Shown piece by piece: positions 40,292-53,443 of a stretch of 64,000 bases of DNA (position 1 is its first letter; every line of letters starts with the position of its first letter). Below the pieces are notes generated by a model, which made no database searches, was not told where the DNA came from, and saw only the letters and a program-made list of their open reading frames with translations. Both the position numbers and the translations under genes were made by a program. The stretch comes from Lytechinus pictus (lineage: Eukaryota): positions 15,874,001 to 15,938,000 of the forward strand of contig NC_087245.1 of NCBI RefSeq assembly GCF_037042905.1. The letters run 5' to 3'.

Positions 40292-41800
40292 TATAGTTAA
40301 AAACCGATGATCTCCTCTCTGATTAAATGTTGAAATACAGTATTGGTGGGGGGGGGGGGGTAATAAAAAAGTCCCTATGAATTAAGACATAAGAAGTAAT
40401 GAATTATGTCTACAGAGTATTCACATGATAATTATGATAATTTAGAAGTTGTTTATGATAAATGCATTTTACAGTTCAATGACATGCGAAAGCTGGCGTA
40501 AAAGCCAAATGTAATTTATTAAGAAGAATGCAATATCAAAATAGATGAACGTCATCAGGTTATATGAAATAGATAAGAAAAAAATGCGAGGCAAGTATAA
40601 AAGGCGTCGTTGTAAAACAACTTACAGACAAATTGTATGTATGTTTTATTATTATTGCAGCAGCTAATATCCACTATTTACGATTTTAATTAGTACACAT
40701 ATACATGCACATTTTTCAGTTTAGAAATTTCATGTGCTTTTTGAAGACAGATTGGACAAATCCGATTGTCAAGGGGCTCAGATCAAAGACAGATCCCAAA
40801 TGGTTCCTTGAATATTACACATGCTCTTAGCTAGGTCCTATATTTTATGTTTTACTACAAGTGCGATAATACTCGATTATTAAAGAGTTAGCAAAAAATA
40901 AAAACAGCGCGTAAATAAACTTTATAGTTTGATTCAACAAATGTCTGAAAAATCTTTAAAATTTGAATAAAGCGTGATATCTTTTGCAAAACAATGCAAA
41001 GTAAGCCCACTGATATAAATAAAACCATGAGGAACACTTAGTATATGATTAAATATATCAGTGATTTAAGAAAATAAATCAATGTATTACTTAGTTACTT
41101 ACTTAAATTATTTATCATTATTTGATTAATTATTCATTACTAGAATGAATAATTGAAAGGACAAATGAAAGGATAAAGTTAAACCATGAAATCATTGCTC
41201 TCATCATCTTTTGTAAATGAAGTCTTCTAACCATTCCATCGGTAATTCTTGCAATCTATCTCTTTGACTTCTACTGATCCATAATTTTCATTATAATCAC
41301 CCCATAAATGTCATTAACGAGGTTGTTTGGAAAGATGAATGCTACATCTGATGAGCAGGATGATAATTACTTAAGATATTATTCAGACAGTTTAACGACT
41401 GGAAGATTGATAAAAAGAATAAAGAAGAATCGAGAGAGGGGAACAGACAGAGGAGGGGGGGGGGGCAAAGAGTGAGATGGAAAAGTGAAGGGAACAAAGC
41501 GAGGAGAAAGACAGAAGAAGACAATGAGTGAGTAGAAGTGAAACATGACTACATCAATCGAAGTTTGCTAATTATGATGGATTTAACAAGCAAGAAACCA
41601 CCATGTTGTGTTTGACAGCAATTCTACATTAAAAAAAAAAACTTTTTACCACTCGCAGATCAAAGGTTTTACGTACGTGGAACATATAATTTTAAGAAAT
41701 AGGCTAAAGATTAGATGAACTAGACCTATACATAAACGAATACGCGATATATCGTGGTGTGCGTGTGTAATTCTTCTTTGAAAGGGAATGTCATACTACA

Positions 41801-41897
41801 GTCACACCAACGAAACCGATTAAAAAAGACCGATGATTTGCCAGAAAAAAATAACGTGTAACGTGATCGCTTTAAACGGTTTAGCAGTTGGTGTGAC
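41801..41897. mobile_element. Small MITE
   Basis: Inverted repeat GTCACACCAAC..AAACCG / CGGTTT..GTTGGTGTGAC. Confidence 0.55.
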
Positions 41898-42837
41898 GGG
41901 CACTGGATTCAGAGGTACACGTTTTTAGATGGTGGCATTAAAGGTCGGTTCCCAGATTTAAATGATTACTTCTGGAAGGATCACGTCTGGAAATCTATAA
42001 TCATTCACATAAACACAAACAGTCTCTCACCATCGGACCCTCATTGTCCTCCACACACATTACACACCCACTCGTAAGCACACTCACCCACACACTCCCG
42101 TTCTCGACACTTTCACCAACACTTGCACATGCACACAAACACAAACAGCCTTTCTTCGTCCTCACACACTTTACATACCCCTCTATATCCTCTCAGTCCC
42201 ACACACCTACATACTTCGTTCCCAAATACCGGGCCCAAATACACCCCCAAAGATGAAGAAAAGCATTGACATGTGGTACTTGTTTTTTTTTAAAGAAAAC
42301 TTCGTTAACGTGTAATATATATATCGAACGCAGCGTAAATGGAAAATATCTACTGGTGCCCAAGGGCACATTATATGGCTTAAGACAGTGAGAAACTTAA
42401 TAATTGTATACTTCCAATGGTCCGGGTTTCCTAATAACTCTTCAACAAAATTTGAACCTTTTACGACGATTCGTAACTGTCCTTGATTACCTTTTCTGCA
42501 GTAAAACTCGATAAGGTTCATTAGTGCGTGGGAAACGACTCCAAAACAACAATAAATGGCGTTTGCAAAGGATCTCTTTCCTCGTATTTTCAAATGAGAA
42601 TGAATGGAAGGATTGTAACGATAATGATGACTCAGCGAAGTAAAGACCAATTTAAGTTCTATCTCGTTGACATTTCAATTCATCGTTTGTCTTCACTGCG
42701 TGTATTATATAAGGAACCAACAAATCAAGCAAAGTTTAATGTTTTGGAAACAGATCAACCCGGTCCGATTAACTTGTCTTAAGATAATTGCATAAGCAAG
42801 ATACGAACCCGAAAGCAATGAGCAGATAGGCATTATA

Positions 42838-43056
42838 CATTCTAAAAGTTTACCAAATATTGGGTAAAATGGGAACATGCATGTTTGTTTGGTAAAAAGA
42901 TACCAAATATTTTGTAAATTTTAAGCAATGTTGCGTTGAATTTACCCTTCAAACATGCATTTTGCCCAATATTGGGGGGAAAAATTACCCAGCAAAAATG
43001 CACGTTCCCTTTTTTACCCAATATTGGGTAAATTTTTACTCTCTGCTTTAAGAGTG
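42838..43056 (-). mobile_element. CACTCT-terminated MITE (copy 2), TA flanks
   Basis: Reverse-complement homolog of 8795-9018. TA on both sides. Confidence 0.85.
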
Positions 43057-43075
43057 TAAAATGTAAATGTATGAA

Positions 43076-43334
43076 CACTGGCGTACAGATGGGAGGGGGT
43101 TTAGGGGCCACCCCCCCTAAAAAATCTAGGATCGAGTAAACAGTAAAAATGAGGGGAAAAAAGGGAAAGGCAAAGGACTAAGTTCTGATATTCCTAAATA
43201 CTTTGCCAAAATCAATCACAGAAATGGATTTTCATCTTACTTGCTCACTTGCATCCCTAATTCGGGATTTTTTAAATAAAAATTTTGGCACACGCGTCAT
43301 GTGCCCCTTCATTTTTTTTTTGATTGCGCGACTG
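43076..43334. mobile_element. Degenerate poly-G/C MITE
   Basis: Starts CACTGGCGTA, contains G/C runs, and has an eroded right terminus GCGCGACTG. Confidence 0.45.
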
Positions 43335-43451
43335 TAGGAAAGTTTGCCAAGTTCTGACTTCACGCTTGCTCTGGTGCTTCTCTCGCTTGTAATTCATGTG
43401 TTTGGGTACGATAAAGAAGTCAGTCTTTGATTTTAAGTTTATATCACTCAC

Positions 43452-43526
43452 TATAATAATAATAATAATAATACATATGATTTATATAGCGTCTTTTCCA
43501 TTTTGATTAAATGCTCAAGGCGCTTA
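43452..43526 (-). mobile_element. 3' tail fragment of an L2-type LINE/SINE
   Basis: The reverse strand reads AAGCGCCTTGAG...AAAAGACGCTATATAAAT followed by (TAT)n. Confidence 0.55.
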
Positions 43527-43916
43527 GAAGAGAGCAAGACATTAAAGTAAAGAGAACTAAGAAAAGTACAAGAAAGTGTAAATTAAAAATGAGGAAAAAT
43601 TACTGTCTTCAAACCTAGTACCTGCTGGTGAACAAATGCAATTTTATACCATTATACCATTTTACCTTCATAAGCAACACGAAATATTTGTGAAAGATGA
43701 AGAGCATGCTTTTTTTAACAGCTTACATTCATTTCATGTAATCTTGCAGTCGTATGAATATCGTACTAGTAATTAAAGCTGGATCCTCATATTCTCAGAG
43801 TAGTCCCTCGTATTACGAGTTTAAAGTATCAAGCAGATCTTGTTTCTGTGTACAGTGCAATTAACGGGGATATTAGAATGGGATTATCAAGTAATTAATC
43901 AAGTAAGTAATTAATT

Positions 43917-44190
43917 GACAGGTGTGTTGGCTCAGTTGGTAGAGCGTCCGTCTCACAACCGGGAGGTCGGGGGTTCAATCCCCGGTCGCGTCAGACCAAA
44001 AGACCTTAAAAGATGGGAGTGGCTGCTACCCTCTTTGGCGTTCAACGATTAAAGGGATAGAGCCTTGTCGATCTGGCGCTGCACAGCGGCTGCCGGGCCC
44101 ACGATCAATTGGGCAAAGCAAATTATCGGAATATTTCATTTCATGTCTATTTCGAACAATAAATTATAATAATAAATAATAATGAATTAT
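43917..44190 (+). mobile_element. tRNA-derived SINE (family B), near full length
   Basis: A box TGGCTCAGTTGG and B box GGTTCAATCCC. Body CAGACCAAAAGACCTTAAAAGATGGG...TTTGGCGTTCAACGATTAAAGGG. (AAT)-rich tail. Confidence 0.88.
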
Positions 44191-45068
44191 GGATTTTCAT
44201 AATTGTTAATAAACAGCAAAACGGGTATCATCCTTATCTCTTAAAGCTTCTAGTGATTGCTTATGATGTTGAAATAAAAGAAGTGTAGACTGAGAAATTC
44301 AAGCAGCAGTCTCACCCCGTTGCTGGCCTCCAAACGCGCTTTGACCAGCTCTCCCGGTGATAAAATATTACGGACTAATTAGATTTTCATGTTGGGATAA
44401 CATTTCCCAACATGGTGCAGTAGATTATTCTACCCCCTGAGGCTTTAATGTCCTCATATAACGCGTGTTAATAGCCTCGATATCAAGCTATAAACTGCTT
44501 AAGAGAATCATTGTGGTAAATCGGCAAACCTAAAGACTGTAAGAAGCTGGACAAAGGTTCCATATTATAAATTATATCGGACGATTATTCTAGCAGAGTC
44601 AATGTTTGCAAAAAGATGCACTTACAGTTTGTATCTTGAATCTACTCTCCTTAAAAGATTATATAGCTCCATCTTTAAACGGCACTTTATTTCTTGTAAA
44701 AATGAAGAATCTTTCAATACTCATCTAATTTGATTAAGTAACGAATTTACCAAAAAGAAATATCCTGATACAGTTTTAACCCATGCAGTCAATGAGAAAG
44801 GAGTTGAAAAAATATTGTAATTGTTTTATTTTTCCTTAATCTCGGGTACACTTTTCACATTTTGCTGCATGATACAGCATAATCTATTTATCTCGCAATG
44901 ATATTCCAACCTTGATTAAAAAAATAGAATTACCAAAGCTGGATAAAAGACAGATAAAAGAATACTGTTAAAAAAAATGTGCAAATAATAACCCCTTACC
45001 ATATTTACTACAAAGTGTTTGGCAGAAATCAAAATGTTTACTAGTAAGCGTTCCATACATGTGGAAGT

Positions 45069-45265
45069 GGTGCGTCGTGGTGTAGAGGTCCCGACTCTCG
45101 CCTTTTAACAAGAGGGTCGTTTGTTCAAATCCTTCGTCCTTCGGCAAGGCGCCAGCCCACATTCTCTACCCATTTGTTAAATGGGTACCAAGTAGGATTC
45201 GAAAGCCTATGTAATGTTCCTAGCAACTTACTCTTGAAACTCCTGTTAGAATACTCCCAAAGGAA
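45069..45265 (+). mobile_element. tRNA-derived SINE (family A), diverged
   Basis: A box TGGTGTAGAGG and B box GTTCAAATCC, then CCTTCGGCAAGGC, AAATGGGTACC and GAATACTCCCAAAGG. Confidence 0.7.
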
Positions 45266-45333
45266 AAGACAAAGTCCGTACAATTCGTGCAGTCGTGACA
45301 CGATCCTATGACCGGGGTGATAGTATATACGTA

Positions 45334-45541
<208 letters not shown>

Positions 45542-46034
45542 ACGATACATTTTGATTGGAATAACATGTAAACCTTCATGATAATCATGTTTTTTTATGG
45601 ATTCACAATCTAAAATTGCCATTACCATGTTTCGTACATAATCTGTTATAATTGATTCGGGATATACCGCACACAGATATTACAAGAAAATACTGAACAT
45701 TTTTCCAAGAACTATAATTCAAACTTGCTTAGGAAAACTCGGGTAATCCTAAAATCCAGCATTTAGAAGCCGCAAAGGAGTAGCAATCGCTTGAAGATTA
45801 TACTGTCTAGAAATATCATGCTTTCTTATTGATGGCTTCTCAGGTTTCGGTTAGAATCACGTGAAGGCCCTAAGTGATGTAAACAAATATAGATCAGGTT
45901 TGGAAATGAAGCAAAGAGAATATACATGGTAAAATGCATACACCCGTTGAAATGTATATGATTTGAATTAATGAAGTAGGATTGAATCAATCAAACATTG
46001 CAATAAATCAAAATTGGATTAAGCCGAACAAAAC

Positions 46035-46175
46035 CAGACGCCGCAGAACAGTTTTTAAAGAGGGGGGGGGGCATGCAAAAACACAATCAGACAGTAATTT
46101 TTACGTTTTTATGGACGCTTTTAGAAAAAAAAAGTGGGGGCGCCCCCACCTCTGCCTCCTGTTCCGCGGCCCCTG
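46035..46175. mobile_element. Short poly-G/C MITE
   Basis: Termini CAGACGCCGCAGAAC / GTTCCGCGGCCCCTG. Confidence 0.6.
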
Positions 46176-46244
46176 AAGATAATGAAAATGCATTTTGTTA
46201 GCAGAAATCTGGTTAAACAGTATTCATGTCATGATAAACATTTA

Positions 46245-46553
46245 GGCCAGTATTCTGAAGTCAGGTTTAAATTAGACCACGGTCTAACTCTGTGCAAAAA
46301 TTATGGGAAGCCAAAAGTTCAAAAATTATGTTTATATTTATTTCTTATGTTAACTATTTTGTTTCCTTTTGCTTTCATAATGAAGAAAAATACTTCAGTT
46401 ATCATTCCCAGACAATTAGGAAGTATTTGGGTGTCATATGAGTTAATAAATTGAATGTGTGCTGTTAGGGATTTGTGCTCCAATTGGCTCTCCATAGTTA
46501 AACCACAACTTTAAACCAGGGTTTAATTTAAACCCGAGTTCAGAATACGGGCC
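46245..46553 (+). mobile_element. Harbinger/Tourist-like MITE (copy 1)
   Basis: TIR GGCCAGTATTCTGAA / TTCAGAATACGGGCC. Confidence 0.85.
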
Positions 46554-47438
46554 ATTGTGACTAAGATGATCACGATGATTATGATGTCTGAACTGCCATG
46601 TTACGATGGTAATCGTGCATGCGTCTAAATTAGGCCTAATAATTTTTTTAATCTTGTTTTTATAGTATTAGTGCATTATGTTTTATGTTGTAATTCTATA
46701 TGACATGTATGTTAACAAAATATCAAGATGCAAAGCAGGTATCATCGGATCGAAATGCATATCCATAATGGCATGGCGTATATACACGAAAATTTTCGCC
46801 CACGTAATGCAAAATGTAAAACACATATATATATAACTGTACTGTTTTTTCAATACAAGTTAACTACACCTTTGGTGTTTTGGGGCATTAACTTTTACCC
46901 TATTTGTTCGACTCAAGTTCATTTTAAAGTGGGAGTGCTCTGCTAATAACTTCGAGTTTCAACGTATACGAGTGGACAGATGGGGAAATCAAACGAGGCC
47001 AATACTCAGCGCCTTTTCTAAATGTCGTGCCTGTATTTTTCTATTTAACATATATATTGCTTTCCTTTGCTTGATTTTCTAATAATTCTTCAAGAAAAGA
47101 AAGGCATATGTTTTTATTTTGTACTTTTGTATTTATTTTTTTCTGTTCACAAATAATCTTCGCATTGGAACTAATATATGGTTCGGCGCCAACCTTATAC
47201 CTCTGCAGGCCACTTCGTGTTAAACTTCACATTAGTTTTGCATGTCAAGGTATTTTATTACATTGGCTTCAGACAAGGGGCAGCAATATGCACTTCGACC
47301 GCATCAAAATATGGATTTAAATTTGACAGGCTCCAACTATATATGACGTGATGATATACAGCATTCTTATCATATTAAATTGAGTGATTCAATCTGAAGA
47401 AAATCCGTTTGAGTTAGTTGTACCGAGTTGTCATTTTG

Positions 47439-47690
47439 ATTTTTTCTGACGTTATCAATCATTTGTATGTACAATTTATCATAACTTCAGACTTCAGAAT
47501 ACGGGCCTAAGAAGCAATCCTCATTATCATGAATTCCGGTATGTTTGGATCACCTTGGATTAGTTCACCTCCCCTTCCCCCGACGTGAAAAAGACATGTG
47601 AAATAGTCCAAACCATCTGTTTTCTTTTTAGAATTTCTTAGCTGCATTTTTTCTGACGTTATCAATCATTTGTATGTACAATTTATCATA
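47439..47690 (+). repeat. Templated insertion (copy of 49208-49363) between 45-bp direct repeats
   Basis: 47439-47483 equals 47646-47690. 47491-47646 matches 49208-49363 with about 2 mismatches. Confidence 0.92.
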
Positions 47691-48077
47691 TCAGTCACAA
47701 CTTACCAAAAAAAATCACAAAATGCTTCATTGCATTAAAAAAAAATATAATGTATAAACCCTTTCAATTTATCTTTTAAGTCAGACTATATGTCTACTGT
47801 TAACTTTTTTTTAGTTTGTGTTTAATTTCATGATGTAATATATGGCATGGGTATTTTAAATATCATGTTTCGTACATGCAAATCCTGTGGTAGCCTATTG
47901 GTCGAGGTTATCATTTGTGCACGTCAAGCCCCTAAAGTTGTGCTCAAAGTTAGTGAACCCCACCACAAAATGCACTCCGCCATGCTGAGTGCTGAATGTA
48001 GACAACAACACTATGATGTTCGGTGGGCCCAGAGAAACAGGCCTCATTGAATGGAATCTCTGTAGATTCTCTTCTAT

Positions 48078-49224
48078 GTCCCGTATTCTGAAGTCGGGCT
48101 TAACTTACACCATGGTCTAACTCTGTGCTAAAATTATGGGAAGCCAAACGTTTCGAAATTGTGTTCACAGTGAATGCTTCTCATCAGTGGCGTACCTGGC
48201 ATATTTCGTCAGGGGGGGGGGGGGGCAAGCGACAAGGATGAGCAGGTGGGGGGGGGGTATAGTAGGCATGGACGTATATAGGCACAATTTTTTCAAGGGG
48301 GGGGCTGATAATCATTGCCCAAATATCAACTTCACAGTTTTAGGTCAATTTACAATAAAATAATATAAAAATAATAATTGCGAGGGCGAAGCGCGAGCTG
48401 AATTTTTCTAAAAATTTAGACCTAAAACGATTCATTTTGTGCACTTAATTATGAATAGGATGGGTATCTTCCTTAATAAATTATGCGAGCGCGAAGCGCG
48501 AGCTAAAATTTTGATATTTCTAACTGGACACTAGACATTCTAAGCAGTTTTACAGGATGGGCATCTAAACAGTTGTGCGGGCGCGAAGCGCGAGCTAAAA
48601 CCTTTGATATTCCGACTTAAGAACTGGATATTCTAAGCACTTTTAGTAACCATGAACAAATTGGTTTCTAACTGAATAATTAATTGATGCGCGCGAAGAG
48701 CGAACTGAAAATTAAAGATATTCCCCCCTGAAAAGTGGACATTCTAAGCACCTTTTTTTTTTTTACTTTGAACAAGATGGTAGTTAAAAACAATTAATTG
48801 GTGTGAGCGGGAAGCGCGAGCTGAAAATTTTTGATATTTCGACCTGAAAACTTTACATTCTGAGCACTTAATTTAATTATGAACAAGATGGAATTTTATG
48901 CGAGTGCGAAGCTCGAGCTAAAAAAGATTTGTTCGCTTCTTTTTTTTTTGGCTTGTGACTCATCAGGGGGGGGGGGGCAGTCTGCCCCCCTGCCCCCTTA
49001 GGTAAGCTAGTGCTTCTCATGTTTACTGTGCTCTTTACTAATTCTTTAATGGTGAAGACAACTGTCATACTTATCCTTCCCAGACAGTTAATAATGTTTT
49101 GGGAGTCAATGAGCTGATACATTGAACGTGTACTGTTAGAGATTTATGTAAATACTGGCTTTCCATAGTAAAACCACAACTAAAAACCAGAGTTTAAATT
49201 AATCCCGACTTCAGAATACGGGCC
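48078..49224 (+). mobile_element. Harbinger/Tourist-like MITE (copy 2) interrupted by a hAT element
   Basis: Homologous to 46245-46553 on both sides of the insert, with the same TIRs. Confidence 0.85.
48185..49012 (+). mobile_element. hAT-type non-autonomous element with ~100-bp internal repeats
   Basis: Perfect 8-bp TSD CTTCTCAT. Termini CAGTGGCGTACCT / AGGTAAGCTAGTG. Six GCGAGCGCGAAGCGCGAGCT-like motifs. Confidence 0.9.
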
Positions 49225-51076
49225 TAAGAAGCAATCCTCATTATCATGAATTCCGGTATGTTTGGATCACCTTGGATTAGTTCACCTCCCCTTCCCCCGA
49301 CGTGAAAAAGACATGTGAAATAGTCCAAACCATCTGTTTTCTTTTAATAATTTCTTAGCTGCAATTGAACAAAACAGAACCAAAATCAAAAATCGGATAT
49401 TGACATCGCCCCGACCAACTGAAAAAACGAGTGTTTGGCATTGGAAGTGAAGATAAACACTAATTTGATGTGAGCTTCTTTTTTTTCTATCGCGGCCTTG
49501 AATGTTCAAACGTTTAACTTAAAATGCCACCACACCGACATAAATCTACGAATGATTAAAGAAAGAAAGAATAAATCAACATTACGTGATCAATATTTGA
49601 TTAGACGCTGGTACAGTTGTTTGAAATGCCTCGTTCTTCATTAAAAGCAGGTGCATCATCAACATCATTGACGCACTGACAAATGTGTCTTTTGGTTAAT
49701 GATACTTCCTTAATTTCTAAAACATATCCTCACCAATATCGCATATACAGTGATTAAGCTGCCCCGTCTCTCCGAGCAAAAAGGAAATTAAAGATCTGTC
49801 AAAGAAGAAAAAAATCACAGATGGTTCTTAATTTTCAGATATAAGTGGATAAGCGAGATGAAGAAAAGGGGAGACGGAAACAGAGAGAGAGAGGGAGGGG
49901 GGGGGGGGGAGATAACTGCCATATTTTCTATTATGTTGGTCGCGATTATACAAAGCACTTACAATGTATAGCGATCAATAAAACTCTGTTTAAACAAATA
50001 AATGAATGCGAAATATGTATTCATTTTTAGGTGTCATGTCTTCTTAGACAATTTCATGGACATCCTGGCAGTTTAATTATGTCGTTTTTGGCAAACATGA
50101 CCTCTGGGGAGATTTGCATCCGCGAAAGCTCTTCCGCGACCACGGGGGGGGGGGGGGGTGGAGGCTTTTCGCCAAAGGAATTTTTATGTTGGGGTGGCGG
50201 AGTTGATAAATGTGGTACGTATTTAAGATATTACAAAATATGTTGTACCAGAGGTTCCCCATCCAAAAACATTTAGTCAAGTGAGAATCGAGATACCTCA
50301 ATGTCTTGCCTCGGTATTGTCTGTTATCAAAAATTAGCGATAAAAAAAAAACAATTTCGATATTTTTCAGGGAAGTAAGTGATTGAATACATGACCTTGC
50401 ATTTTTGTAAGCGAGACGTCAATTCCGAAGTTGTGAATTTTCCTAATCTAATCATCATGGTTGTTTCAAACAATTTTCGAAAAGAATCACGTAAAATTTG
50501 ATCATTTGCACTTTTACTTTCTTTATTTCACTTTCCACACTTTCATGGTTGTCATCATAACACGCAGCTACGTAGGATGATTAACTTGCGTTGGTTTCTA
50601 CCAGATGAAAAGGCTAATCAAATTTAAACCGATAAACATGTAACAATATACCTATAACAATGCGTTCAGTAGGAAACACCGATACCTATTAAACCATAGT
50701 TTTGTTTCATTCACAGTAAAAAAGAACTAGATTTCCCAAAGGCATACTGGCAAATTTCCCCGAGGCCTTGACAATTAAAAAAAATATTATGACATAGAAT
50801 TACATATTGAATAGCTTGGAAAGTCGTCTTTAGCAGTGGCCACTGCTATGAACATGGGCAAAGAAAGCGGGTCATGGGAAAATAATGACTAAGAAGTGGG
50901 TGTTAAACTGAATATACAATAAAAACGTTATCGAAAACAGAATATGCTTAAAAATAATTGAAATTAATAACCCCCGAAAAGCCTAAAGTTTTAAAACGAG
51001 TATAAATAAATACTTAATTAAATTTCATACACCCTGGAATATATCATTTTTTTGAAATTATATTCAATATATATTA

Positions 51077-51338
51077 AATTCTTGATTCCATTTTCATTTA
51101 AAACATAATACAAAGTAATATAAAGTAATATAAATCAAGTACAATTTTACAGACGAGCATTCTTACCTTGTAAAACAAAAAACAGTATAATATTGAGCAT
51201 AAATGGAAATGAGGGGGGGGGGGGTCCACTTATAGCAAAGCTTGTAGAGTTTGGATCCCCCTTGGAAATGAAGAAAATATTGTATATTATTCATATATGC
51301 GTATATATACAGGAAAGAAAAAAGAGAAGGAACAAAAA
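51077..51338 (-). mobile_element. Older 3'-UTR fragment of the same LINE family, inverted
   Basis: Reverse-complement similarity to 53154-53430 (e.g. AAATCAAGTACAATTTTACAGA / TCTGTAAAATTGTACTTGATTT). Confidence 0.85.
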
Positions 51339-51616
51339 GGTCGAAATCATATTAATGTAACCATAATTACTGACCAAATTATTAAATTATATGTACATGG
51401 ATTCGCATAATGCATGATAATTGGACAAATATTGAAATTACTATTCTAAAAAACATTCCCATGCGAAATTACAAGCAGGTTCAGTCATGATACGGAGATA
51501 CAGGACTGTAACTGGCTTATGCTTCTAAATAAAATGAAAGTATAAACAAGCATTTATTGTTTGTTTTTATATATCGCGAGTAAAATGATCAAATAATCAA
51601 ACATATTATAATCGAA

Positions 51617-52795
51617 ATGGCGCGAATTCTAAATAGGAGTAAAGACAAGAAATTCGAAAATCATAAATCTAGTCACCTTGTGGGTATTTTCCTGGACTAC
51701 TCCAAGGCCTTCGATACCATCAATCATGAAATCCTACTTAAAAAAATGTCTCACTATGGTGTGCGAGGGAAGGCCTTGGAGTGGTTCAGGAGTTACTTAT
51801 TCAACAGACAACAATACGTGTTTGTTAAAGATCATAACTCCAATTTAAAATATGTTAACTGTGGAGTCCCTCAGGGTAGCTTATTAGGCCCACTTCTTTT
51901 CACAATTTATATAAATGATTTCTGTAGATCATCCAAAATATTGTCCCTTATCTTGTTTGCAGATGATTCGACCTTATTTTTTTCTCATCAGAATCCACAA
52001 ACTTTAGTTGATGTTATCAATTCTGAACTTATTAATGTTACTGAATGGATAAGAGCCAATCGATTATCTTTGAACCTTAACAAAACAAAATACATGTTAT
52101 TTAGTAATTCCATAGACAAGTTACCGATGAACATTATGTTTGATAATACCTTATTACAAATGGTACCTTACACCAAATTTCTTGGTATAACAGTTGACAG
52201 TAAACTTTCTTGGAAAAATCATATTGAAAATATATCCAAAATAATTTCACGAAATATAGGTATTATTAATAGGCTAAAATTTTGCATTCCCTCCACATCA
52301 CTAATCATGCTCTACTCATCCTTAATCTTGCCTTATTTAAACTACGGGATTCTTATTTGGGGTGATACCCATCAATACTTATTAGACAAATTGTTGCTTT
52401 TGCAAAAGAAAGCACTTCGTGTTATTTATAGTACATGTTTCCGTTCTCATACGGACCCACTTTTTCTAGAAAGTAAACTGTTGAAAGTCAAAGACCTGTA
52501 TTTACTACAGTTAGGGCACTTCATGTATAGTTATAATAATAATGCACTTCCCCATATTTTTGATGCCATGTTCCCTAAAAATCAATTTTATCATAACTAC
52601 CCCACGAGACACTCTGACGAACTTCACATTCCACTTTACAGAACTTTACTGGCCAAAAATACATTCCTTTTCAACGGTCCTAAATTCTGGAACTCACTAG
52701 CTAATAATATTAAAGACAGTGTCTCCTTAAATTCATTCAAACATAAACTCAAACTTATCCTGCTTAATTCCTATAATTCTTCGCAACGGAACTAA
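51617..52795 (+). CDS. LINE reverse transcriptase C-terminal portion (392 aa; first 15 codons come from flanking DNA)
   Basis: Motifs [45 protein letters not shown] and C-terminal [10 protein letters not shown]...SLNSFK. No endonuclease domain. Confidence 0.9.
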   Translation: MARILNRSKDKKFENHKSSHLVGIFLDYSKAFDTINHEILLKKMSHYGVRGKALEWFRSYLFNRQQYVFVKDHNSNLKYVNCGVPQGSLLGPLLFTIYINDFCRSSKILSLILFADDSTLFFSHQNPQTLVDVINSELINVTEWIRANRLSLNLNKTKYMLFSNSIDKLPMNIMFDNTLLQMVPYTKFLGITVDSKLSWKNHIENISKIISRNIGIINRLKFCIPSTSLIMLYSSLILPYLNYGILIWGDTHQYLLDKLLLLQKKALRVIYSTCFRSHTDPLFLESKLLKVKDLYLLQLGHFMYSYNNNALPHIFDAMFPKNQFYHNYPTRHSDELHIPLYRTLLAKNTFLFNGPKFWNSLANNIKDSVSLNSFKHKLKLILLNSYNSSQRN

Positions 52796-53443
52796 CACTT
52801 CATTATCTTGATTTTAATCATTACATTTTTCACTTTTATTGTTTTATCTTTTTTCATCTGATATTGTCCAGTTATATCATCTTTTGTCATTTCACCAGAT
52901 CAAGCTGGTTCGTGGTCAGCCCTTTCCCATTCTTAGTATTCCTCCTTTTATAAAGTAGTTATCTTGTCTTGTACTGTCCTGTCTTTTGTTTTGTCTTGTC
53001 TTCTATGTCTTGTCATCCCCTCTCTCTCTTTCTGTTTTTTTTTCTTTCTTTCCTTTCTTCTGTCTTGCGCAACACATCCTTTACTACGAAGACCTCTTTG
53101 TGTGAAAAGCTTTGCATTAGTTCAGTAATTATATTTGCATCCGTATGATTTCTTTTGTTCTCTTTTTCTTTCCTGTAATACATATAATTATGTACGCATA
53201 TCAGAATAAGTCTACTATACTTTTTTCATTTCCAAGGGGGATCCACACTTTACAAGCTTTGCTTTTTAGTGGATCCCCCTCATTTCCATTTATGCTCTAT
53301 ATTATACTGTTTTTTCTGTTTTGTTTTTTTTACGAAGTAAGAATGCCCTTCTGTAAAATTGTACTTGATTTGTATTACTTTATATTACTTTGTATTATGT
53401 TTTTTGAATGGAAATGAAAATAAAAGAATTGAAAAAAGAATTG
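51662..53443 (+). mobile_element. 5'-truncated non-LTR retrotransposon, CR1/L2 group (Crack/Daphne-like)
   Basis: RT ORF, a ~650-bp 3'UTR with a hairpin, AATAAA, and a (GAATTG)-type tail. The boundaries are fixed by comparison with the empty site at 53701-53717. Confidence 0.9.

Noticed and set aside
43921..43992. tRNA-Val(CAC) gene
   Set aside because: The acceptor and anticodon stems are imperfect, there is no nearby poly-T terminator, and the sequence continues into a SINE body and tail.
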